64,000 bases of DNA, taken from Armatimonadota bacterium (GTDB taxonomy: Bacteria > Armatimonadota > SYMT01). The notes beneath the pieces were generated by a model, which saw only the letters and a list, made by a program, of their open reading frames with translations, was not told the origin of the DNA and searched no databases. The translations under genes and the position numbers were made by a program. The stretch is from assembly GCA_041690135.1 (NCBI GenBank), contig JAWLHY010000003.1, positions 946,397 through 1,010,396 on the forward strand. Reading direction: 5' to 3'. This document shows, piece after piece, positions 37,718 to 45,081 of the stretch (positions are counted from its first letter, which is position 1; every line of letters begins with the position of its first letter).

Positions 37718-37852
37718 AGCTTTACTGTAAAGAATAGCGGGAGAGGGCACGGTAGAGGGGCCGCCTTATTCTACCTCCCCCGCGGGCATGCGGGCCAACC
37801 GACACTCTTCACTCCTTTGTAGGAAACAGCAGTGGCGGTGGAGTATCTGAAG

Positions 37853-38160
37853 GTGTTCGGGTGTTCGGCATTGGGTGTTCAGGCGTTGGGTGTTCGGGTG
37901 TTCGGGCATTCAGGCTTTCGGGATGTTGTTGGGAAACTGGTACCGCCTTCGAAGACCACACCGTAGGGAATGTGACGCCGTTCCATTCCGTTGCTTGCGA
38001 AGCTGATCTCGTTAGGCCAACTCGCGTGCACCCGAGAATTTGTCAACAACATTGTTCAGGCGTTGGGCTACCCCTCGGGTGGTAGACGTTGGGTGATGGG
38101 TGATGGGTGTCGGACGTCGGGCATTTTCCCAACGCCCAATGCCCACTGCCTAATGCCCGT
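37853..38160. repeat. (GGTGTTCG)-type octamer and GGCGTTG-type heptamer arrays with a C-rich counter-arm, enclosing a GTAG-tagged repeat
   Basis: GTGTTCGGGTGTTCGG...GGGTGTTCGGGTGTTCGGG at 37853-37920; CCCAACGCCCAATGCCCACTGCCTAATGCCC at 38128-38158; 37963-37990 matches 49189-49216 at 26/28. Confidence 0.75.
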
Positions 38161-38177
38161 TCGTAGGGAGCAAGAGT

Positions 38178-39551
38178 ATGTATCGATTGGATGCGGAGAG
38201 AGCGGTCCACTTCTGCGACGGGATGACCCGCCGGGATTTCCTGCACGCGGGCTCCCTGCCGTTCTTGGGGCTGTCGCTGCCGGCGCTTTCGGCGCTCGAA
38301 GCGGAAGGCGCGGTGAAGAAGGACCGGGACGTCAACTGCATCATGATCTTCATGCTGGGCGGGCCGAGCCAGCTCGACACGTGGGACATGAAGCCGGACG
38401 CGCCCGCGGAGATCCGGGGGCCCTACCAGCCGATCGAGACGAATGTGAGCGGTATCCGGATCTCGGAGATCTTCCCGCGGATGGCCCGGCACGCGGACAA
38501 ATACGCCCTGGTGCGCTCCGTTTACCACACGGCCGCGGCGGTTCACGACACGGGCCACCAGATGATGCAGACAGGCCGCCTGTTCCAGGGGGGCGTGGAG
38601 CACCCGCACCCGGGCAGCGTGCTGGCGAAGCTGAAGGGGCCGAAGACGGCCGCGCCCCCGCACGTGGTGCTCCCCACGCCGATGGGGCCGACCGGCGGCA
38701 ACCTCCCACACGGGCAGAGCGCCGGGTACCTGGGCAAGCAGTTCGACCCGTTGGTCCTGAACGCCGACCCCAGCAAGAAGGACTTCAAGGTGGCGGACCT
38801 GCTCCCGCCGGACTACGTCACCGCCGTGCGCCAGGACCGCCGCCAGACCCTCCGCGAGGCGATCGACGGCTCCGTCGCGCGCTTCGAGGCCAGTGCGAAC
38901 GCGAAGCTGCTCGACGCCAACTTCCAGCAGGCGTACACCCTGATGTCCTCTCCGGAAGCGCGCGAAGCGTTCGACGTGACCGCCGAGCCGGAAGCGCTCC
39001 GCAAGAAGTACGGGGAGAACAAGTTCGGCCAGAGCTGTCTCCTCGCCCGCCGGATGCTGGAGCGGGGCGTGCGGTTCGTCACGATCAACATGTTCGAGAC
39101 GGTGTTCAACGAGATCACCTGGGACATCCACGGCTCGCGGCCGTTCACCCCCATTCAGGCCTATAAAGAGATCGTGGGGCCGTGGTTCGACCACGGCTAC
39201 AGCACCCTGCTGGAAGACCTGAGCCAGCGCGGCATGCTGGACAACACCCTGGTGGTGGCGATGGGCGAGTTCGGACGCACCCCCAAGATCAACCCGGCGG
39301 GCGGCCGCGATCACTGGCCGCAGTGCTGGTCCATTGCCTTCGCCGGCGGCGGAGTCAAGGGTGGCCAGGTGGTGGGCGCCAGCGATGAGATCGGCGGTTT
39401 CCCCAAGGACCGGCCGGTAACCCCCTCGGAAGTGGCGGCTACCGTTTACCACAGCCTGGGTGTGGACATTCATCACGAGCTGGAAGGACCCCAGGGCCGC
39501 CCTCTCCCGCTGGTGGACTTCGGCGTCAAGCCGATTACGGAACTGTTCTGA
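38178..39551 (+). CDS. DUF1501 domain protein
   Basis: TRRDFL, GGPSQLDTWDMKP.AP.EIRG, FGQSCLLARR, WDIH, GEFGRTPKIN..GGRDHW. Confidence 0.95.
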   Translation: MYRLDAERAVHFCDGMTRRDFLHAGSLPFLGLSLPALSALEAEGAVKKDRDVNCIMIFMLGGPSQLDTWDMKPDAPAEIRGPYQPIETNVSGIRISEIFPRMARHADKYALVRSVYHTAAAVHDTGHQMMQTGRLFQGGVEHPHPGSVLAKLKGPKTAAPPHVVLPTPMGPTGGNLPHGQSAGYLGKQFDPLVLNADPSKKDFKVADLLPPDYVTAVRQDRRQTLREAIDGSVARFEASANAKLLDANFQQAYTLMSSPEAREAFDVTAEPEALRKKYGENKFGQSCLLARRMLERGVRFVTINMFETVFNEITWDIHGSRPFTPIQAYKEIVGPWFDHGYSTLLEDLSQRGMLDNTLVVAMGEFGRTPKINPAGGRDHWPQCWSIAFAGGGVKGGQVVGASDEIGGFPKDRPVTPSEVAATVYHSLGVDIHHELEGPQGRPLPLVDFGVKPITELF

Positions 39552-39573
39552 GACCCGGCAGGAGTGGGATCGC

Positions 39574-40137
39574 ATGAGCGCAGTAACAGAGACCCCTCCC
39601 AGGCTGTACACCGCCGCCGATGTGGAAGAGCTCTCCGCCCGGGGGCTCCATTACGAGCTGTACTTTGGGGAACTGCAAGAGATGCCGCCGGCCGGGGGAG
39701 AACATGGTTCCGTGGGACAACGCCTCGGGGCTCGCGCCACTGTCTATATCGACGATCGGCAACTGGGGGAAAGCTTCCTCGCGGAAACTGGCTTTAAGCT
39801 GACCACGGACCCGGATACCGTCCTGGCTCCCGACTGGGCCTACATCTCCGCAGAGCGGCTCCCCGAGTCTTTCCCTCCGGGGTTCCTTCCGGTGGTGCCG
39901 GATATCGTGGTGGAGGTGCGGTCGCCGAGCGAGACCCCGCGAGAGTTCTCCGGAAAGATCGCCCTCTGGCTTCAACTGGGCGTGCGCCTCGCCTGGGCGC
40001 TCGACCCGGTGCGCCGGACGGTAGTAGTCCACCGGCCGGGCACCGATCCGCGGATTCTGCAGGTAGGGGATGTGCTCGACGGCGGCGAGGTGCTCCCCGG
40101 CTTCACCGTGGAGGTGGCGAAACTGTTCCGGGCTTGA
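39574..40137 (+). CDS. Uma2 family (PD-(D/E)XK-like) putative endonuclease
   Basis: YEL..GEL.EMPP...HG, ETGF, APD, PDIVVEVRSPS, GV...W..DP, VLPGF. Confidence 0.92.
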   Translation: MSAVTETPPRLYTAADVEELSARGLHYELYFGELQEMPPAGGEHGSVGQRLGARATVYIDDRQLGESFLAETGFKLTTDPDTVLAPDWAYISAERLPESFPPGFLPVVPDIVVEVRSPSETPREFSGKIALWLQLGVRLAWALDPVRRTVVVHRPGTDPRILQVGDVLDGGEVLPGFTVEVAKLFRA

Positions 40138-40149
40138 GGAACGCTGGTG

Positions 40150-42969
40150 ATGTTGGTTCGAAGCTTATTCGGCATCGCTGCGATGCTGGCGGCGACTTCC
40201 GGTCCCGCTCTGGCCGCGCCCGCAAAGGGGCAGGCGGCGGCTCCCACGCTGGTGGTGCTTCCCGCTTCCGTCACACTGACGGGCCCCAAGGCCACGCAGC
40301 GGTTGGTGGTGGAAGCCCGGCGCGAGGCTTACGCGGGAGACCTCACGGCGAAGGCGAAGTTCGTCTCTTCCAATCCCCGCGTGGCCGTGGTGGACGCGGG
40401 AGGACGAGTGCGGCCCGTCTCGGACGGCGTGGCGACCGTCACCGCCCTGGTTAATGGGAAGAAGGCGTTCGCGACCGTGCGGGTCCGGGACAGCCGTAAG
40501 CCCTGGACCTGGAGCTTCACCAACCACGTCCAGCCGGTCCTCACCAAAACGGGCTGTAATTCGGGCGCCTGCCACGGCGCTTCCGCGGGCAAGGGCGGCC
40601 TCAAGCTGACGCTGCGGGGCTACGATCCCAATGCCGACCACTCCGCCCTCACCCGGCAGGTGCTCGGTCGACGAGTCGTGCCCTCGGTGCCGGCCCAGAG
40701 CCTGATCCTCCAGAAGCCGGTGATGGCGGTGGCGCACGGTGGCGGGATGCGCTTCAAGCCGAACTCCGCGGAGTACGGCATCATCGCTCAGTGGATCGCG
40801 GCGGGCTCGCCCTCTCCCACCGGCAAAGAGCCGGAGATCCAGCGGTTGGAAGTGCTTCCCGCCGAGGCCCTCCTACGGCCGGGGCTGGAGCAGCAGGTGG
40901 TGGTGCGCGCCCACTTCTCCGATGGCCACGCGGAAGACGTGACCCGCTGGGTGAAGTACGGTACCAGCGACGAGGGGGTGGCTGCTGTCGATGACGAGGG
41001 GAAGATCACCGTCAAAGGGCACGGCGAGGCGGCGATCACGCTCTGGTACCTGAACAAGGTCGCCTTCGCCCGCATCGTTTCCCCCTTCGCAACCCCCGTG
41101 CCGAAAGAACGTTTTGCGAAGGGTCCGCGCGCCAACTTCATCGACGACCTGGTTCTGCGCAAGCTCCAGGCCCTCAACATCCCGCCCGCCGGACCCGCCA
41201 GCGACGCCGAGTTCATCCGCCGCGCCTACCTCGACGCCGCCGGGATCCTGCCCACTGCTGGAGAAACCCGGGCGTTCCTGGCGGAGTGTGCTGATGGTGA
41301 AGGGGCCAGGGGCCAGGGGTCGGGGACCGGGGAGCTTGTTGCACAGGACAGGTACGGTTTGGCGGAACGCAAGGGAGCTAGGGAGAAGGGGGCAGGTGGG
41401 TCTGCTGGGCAGGGCAGGTACGGTTTGGGAGAGCGCAGAGGGCCAAGGGAGAAGGGGGCAGGGGAACCTGGTGACCAGAACGGGTATGGTTTGGCGGAGC
41501 GCCAGGGATCATGGGGGCGGGGAGCCTGGGAGAGTTACGCTTCGCGGACCGCAGCGGCTTCTGATTCGCGGGGTTCGGGTTACGCAATACGCAATTCGCA
41601 TTACGCACCGGATGCCCGAGGCAACCGTGTCGAACCCACAACTACGGCCAGCGCTCGAGCTCGCAAGCGCCTGATAGACCGCCTCCTCTCCCGCCCCGAG
41701 TTCACGGACTACTGGGCCTACAAGTGGTCGGACCTGCTGCTGGTTTCGTCGCGAAAGCTCCCCTCGCGTGGGATGTGGTCCTTCTACGGCTGGATCCGCG
41801 AGAGTGTCGCCGCCAACAAGGGCTGGGACCGGTTCGCGCGGGAGATCCTGACGGCCTCGGGGAGCACCCTCCAGAACGGGGCGGCCAACTACTTCGTCCT
41901 CCACAAGGACCCGATCGACGTCACGGAGACGACCACCCAGGCGTTCCTGGGGATGTCGCTGACCTGCGCCCGGTGCCACAACCACCCGTTGGAGAAGTGG
42001 ACGCTCAACGATTACTACGGGATGGCCAACCTCTTCGCGCGGGTCCGGCTGAAGAACGGGGAACTGGCCGGAGAGACGCTGGTCTTCGCCTCGGACAGCG
42101 GCGACGTGAACCACCTGGTGACCGGCGCACCCGTGCCGCCGCGTCCCCTGGACGGAACGCCGATGGGCCTGGAAGACGCTTCGGACCGGCGGGCCCGTCT
42201 CGCCGAGTGGATGACCTCGCCGCGGAACCCCTACTTTGCGCGGGCGCTGGTCAACCGCGTGTGGCGGAACTTCATGGGCCGGGGCCTGGTGGAAGCCGAG
42301 GACGACCTGCGGTTGACGAACCCGCCCTCCAACGAGGCGCTCCTCACGGCGCTCTCGGAAGATTTCGTGAAGCACGGGTTCGATGTCCGGCACCTGGTCC
42401 GCACGATCATGACTTCCGCGGCTTACCAGCGGTCGTCGGTGCCGGTCCCCGGCAGCCCCGCGGACGCGAAGTACTACTCGACCTACATCCCGCGCCGCCT
42501 CCCCGCCGAGGTGCTGCTCGACGCGATCTCGCAGGTGGCCGGCGTGCCGACCGCGTTCCCCGGCTATCCGGCAGGCACGCGCGCGCTCCAGTTACCGGAC
42601 TCTCAGGTCGCGTCCAGCTTTCTCAATACCTTCGGACGCCCCCAGCGGGTGCAGACCTGCTCGTGCGAGCGCCAGGAAGAGCCGAGCGTGGCCCAGGCGC
42701 TCCACCTCAGCAACGGGGACACCATCAACGAGAAGCTGCGCGCCAAAGGGGGAACGGTCGAGAAGCTGATGGCGGAGAAGCTCACGAACCAGGCGCTGTT
42801 GGAGCGGATCTATCTCCTGGCGCTCTCCCGCCCGCCGACCATGGTGGAACGGAAGCGAGTCCTCGCCGCCATGGCGCAGTTCCCACCGGACGGCCCGGCC
42901 CGCCGCGAGGCCGTCGAGGACCTCTTCTCGGCGATGTTGACGACCAAGGAGTTCCTGTTCAACCACTGA
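40150..42969 (+). CDS. DUF1549/DUF1553 protein with Ig-like domains and CxxCH-type motifs; carries an in-frame repeat insertion
   Basis: GCNSGACHG, NFIDDLV, EFIRRAYLD, CARCHNHP, NPYFARALVNRVW, CSCER, EFLFNH. Confidence 0.93.
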   Translation: MLVRSLFGIAAMLAATSGPALAAPAKGQAAAPTLVVLPASVTLTGPKATQRLVVEARREAYAGDLTAKAKFVSSNPRVAVVDAGGRVRPVSDGVATVTALVNGKKAFATVRVRDSRKPWTWSFTNHVQPVLTKTGCNSGACHGASAGKGGLKLTLRGYDPNADHSALTRQVLGRRVVPSVPAQSLILQKPVMAVAHGGGMRFKPNSAEYGIIAQWIAAGSPSPTGKEPEIQRLEVLPAEALLRPGLEQQVVVRAHFSDGHAEDVTRWVKYGTSDEGVAAVDDEGKITVKGHGEAAITLWYLNKVAFARIVSPFATPVPKERFAKGPRANFIDDLVLRKLQALNIPPAGPASDAEFIRRAYLDAAGILPTAGETRAFLAECADGEGARGQGSGTGELVAQDRYGLAERKGAREKGAGGSAGQGRYGLGERRGPREKGAGEPGDQNGYGLAERQGSWGRGAWESYASRTAAASDSRGSGYAIRNSHYAPDARGNRVEPTTTASARARKRLIDRLLSRPEFTDYWAYKWSDLLLVSSRKLPSRGMWSFYGWIRESVAANKGWDRFAREILTASGSTLQNGAANYFVLHKDPIDVTETTTQAFLGMSLTCARCHNHPLEKWTLNDYYGMANLFARVRLKNGELAGETLVFASDSGDVNHLVTGAPVPPRPLDGTPMGLEDASDRRARLAEWMTSPRNPYFARALVNRVWRNFMGRGLVEAEDDLRLTNPPSNEALLTALSEDFVKHGFDVRHLVRTIMTSAAYQRSSVPVPGSPADAKYYSTYIPRRLPAEVLLDAISQVAGVPTAFPGYPAGTRALQLPDSQVASSFLNTFGRPQRVQTCSCERQEEPSVAQALHLSNGDTINEKLRAKGGTVEKLMAEKLTNQALLERIYLLALSRPPTMVERKRVLAAMAQFPPDGPARREAVEDLFSAMLTTKEFLFNH
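41300..41608 (+). repeat. In-frame insertion: heptamer arm, three 66-bp units, heptamer arm
   Basis: AGGGGCC-type x5; (C)AGGTACGGTTTGG-like cores at 41349, 41415 and 41481; TACGCAA-type x4 at 41581-41608. Confidence 0.85.
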
Positions 42970-43017
42970 TGTGAGGGGAAGATTGAAGATTGGCAAGTTG
43001 AATGTGGAAAGTTGAGG
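42967..43017. repeat. Heptamer array starting at the stop codon
   Basis: GAAGATT GAAGATT GGCAAGTT GAATGTG GAAAGTT GAGG. Confidence 0.6.
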
Positions 43018-43080
43018 CCCCTGGAGAGCCAAGAGTTGGCGGCTGTTGGACAAGAAAATGAGCCGGCTATCTAGTACACG

Positions 43081-43131
43081 GAGTCCGCGGAGGCGGACTT
43101 CGCGCCGTTCCAGCTTGCGACTTCAGTCGCC
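43081..43131. repeat. 51-bp two-hairpin REP-like element, left copy
   Basis: AGTCCGC-ggag-GCGGACT and GCGACT-tc-AGTCGC; reverse complement matches 44951-45001 at 43/51. Confidence 0.8.
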
Positions 43132-43164
43132 TTTACAAGGTTACGGACGGGAAGTGACACAGCC

Positions 43165-44160
43165 ATGTTGAACCGGGCCGCTTTCCTGGGTGGGCTGTTC
43201 TGCCTGGCCGGCACTGTCGTCGGGCCGGTGTTCACGGCGGAGCCTGGAGTTCGGGCCGCTGCGAAGGTGTCGAGCCCTCGGCCGGCGGTGGCGTTTAGCC
43301 CAGACGGCAAGACCCTGGCCCTGGGTGGATACCGCACGGTGGACCTGATCGACGCGCACACGGGCAAGGTGACCGCAACTTTCGGAGGGTCTCCGGGAGC
43401 GGTGACTTCGGTCGCCTTCAGCCCGGACGGAAAGCTCCTGGCAGCGGCGGGTGGGGTTCCGGGACGTTCGGGGGAGATCCGGCTCTGGTCGCTGGCGGAC
43501 CGCAAACCGCGGGTGCTTTCCGGACTGCATAGCGACGCCGTCTATTCCCTCGCCTGGAGCCCGGACGGCAAGACCCTGGCGGCCGGCAGTTACGACCGGA
43601 TGGTCTCGCTGTGGGACGTGGCGTCCGGGAAGGGGCGGAAGCTGAAGGACCACACCGATGCCGTCTACTCCGTCGCGTTCAGTCCGGATGGGAAGCAGAT
43701 AGCCTCGGCCTCTGGGGACCGGACGGTGAAGGTCTGGGACGTCGCCGGCGGGAAGCGGGTCTACACCCTCAGCGATGCCACCGCGGAACTCTACTCCGTC
43801 GCCTACCACCCTTCCGGAAAGGAGATCGCGGCGGTGGGGGTGGACAAAATGCTCCGCAAGTGGCGCGTCAACCCGACGAGCGGCGAGCTGAGCCGCTCCG
43901 CATTCGCTCACGACGGCCCGGTCGTGCGGGTGATCTACACCCCGGACGGCGGCGGGGTATTCACTTCTTCGGAAGACCGCTCCCTCAAGCTCTGGGACTC
44001 GCTCACCCTGACCGAGCGGAAGGTCTTTGAAAAGCAGCCCGATTGGGCGCTGGGGCTGGCCCTGAGCCCGGACGGCAAATCCCTGGCGGTGAGCCGCTAT
44101 GATGGGTCGGTGGCGGTCTACGATGCCGCAACCGGCGAGAAGCGCCTGATCCGGCGCTAA
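43165..44160 (+). CDS. WD40-repeat protein with a signal peptide
   Basis: Repeated VAFSPDGK.LA, H.DAVYS, D.TVKVWD. Confidence 0.95.
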   Translation: MLNRAAFLGGLFCLAGTVVGPVFTAEPGVRAAAKVSSPRPAVAFSPDGKTLALGGYRTVDLIDAHTGKVTATFGGSPGAVTSVAFSPDGKLLAAAGGVPGRSGEIRLWSLADRKPRVLSGLHSDAVYSLAWSPDGKTLAAGSYDRMVSLWDVASGKGRKLKDHTDAVYSVAFSPDGKQIASASGDRTVKVWDVAGGKRVYTLSDATAELYSVAYHPSGKEIAAVGVDKMLRKWRVNPTSGELSRSAFAHDGPVVRVIYTPDGGGVFTSSEDRSLKLWDSLTLTERKVFEKQPDWALGLALSPDGKSLAVSRYDGSVAVYDAATGEKRLIRR

Positions 44161-44185
44161 CCGCAGCACGTTGAAGGACTCCCCT

Positions 44186-44929
44186 GTGCCTGTACGTGAC
44201 CACTTTCATTCACCCATTAGCGAAGCCGCCGGCTGGGAGGAGATCCATACCCAGTGGATCGCCAACCTGACGCGTAATCTGAACCGTGAGTGGCTCCCGG
44301 AGGGTTACCGCGCCGCGCCGGAACGGTCTTTCGGTCCCGAAATCCAGGTGGATGTGGGAGTGGTGCGTGAGCCGCAGGCGGTCTACGCGGCGCACCTGGG
44401 GCGGGAGGAGCGGCTCTCCGCGTATGAGGTTCCTCCGCCGAATGCCTCGGTGGCCGGTGCCACAGGTCCGTACGCGCGGGTCATGATTGGAAATGCCTCC
44501 GGACGCCTGGTTGCCGTCGTGGAGTTGGTCAGCCCTGGAAACAAGGACGACTGGCCGGCCCGGAATGCCTTTACCGGAAAGCTGGAGAGTTACCTGCGCG
44601 CCGGGGTATCGGTCGCGGTGGTGGACCTGGTCACCAGTCGACACCATAACCTGCACAACCACTGGGCCGGTCTTTACGGCGGAAAGGAGACGCCGCAGTT
44701 TGCGGAGGAAGGTGACGGCCGCCTGTATGCGGTGGCCTACCACCCCTACGTGGACGTGGTCCGGGGTACGGAGACGCCCCGGCTCGACCTCTGGCTCCGG
44801 CCGGTCCGGCTGGGAGCGGAGCTTCCGGTCCTGCCGCTGTTCATCGAGCGCGGCCTGGCGGTGCCGCTCGAGCTGGAGAAGACCTATACGGAAACCTGTG
44901 CGGATCTGCGCCTGCCGGCTGCCGCATGA
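44186..44929 (+). CDS. DUF4058 family protein (PD-(D/E)XK-like)
   Basis: P.RDHF..P....W...H..W, LPEGY.A, LVAVVELVSPGNK, LP.LPL, LE.TY. Confidence 0.8.
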   Translation: MPVRDHFHSPISEAAGWEEIHTQWIANLTRNLNREWLPEGYRAAPERSFGPEIQVDVGVVREPQAVYAAHLGREERLSAYEVPPPNASVAGATGPYARVMIGNASGRLVAVVELVSPGNKDDWPARNAFTGKLESYLRAGVSVAVVDLVTSRHHNLHNHWAGLYGGKETPQFAEEGDGRLYAVAYHPYVDVVRGTETPRLDLWLRPVRLGAELPVLPLFIERGLAVPLELEKTYTETCADLRLPAAA

Positions 44930-44950
44930 CTACCCAACCGTCCCCTCTCG

Positions 44951-45001
44951 GGCGACTGAAGTCGCAGGCTGAAAAGGTGCCAAGTCGGCCTTCGCCGACT
45001 C
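44951..45001. repeat. 51-bp two-hairpin REP-like element, right copy (inverted)
   Basis: GGCGACTGAAGTCGC...AGTCGGC-cttc-GCCGACT. Confidence 0.8.
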
Positions 45002-45081
45002 GCGAATTACGGCGCAAACCTTGGATCGTTGGCCCTAGCCAACGGAACTTCGATGAGTGCTTCTTGAGGAATAGCGGATCC

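Noticed and set aside
41342-41540. CRISPR array (66-nt periodicity)
   Set aside because: The whole unit is degenerate-repeated with no unique spacers, it is in frame inside a CDS, and no cas genes are present.
41290-41660. Intein in the DUF1549 protein
   Set aside because: No C-terminal His-Asn followed by Cys/Ser/Thr and no Hint motifs; the insert is low-complexity.
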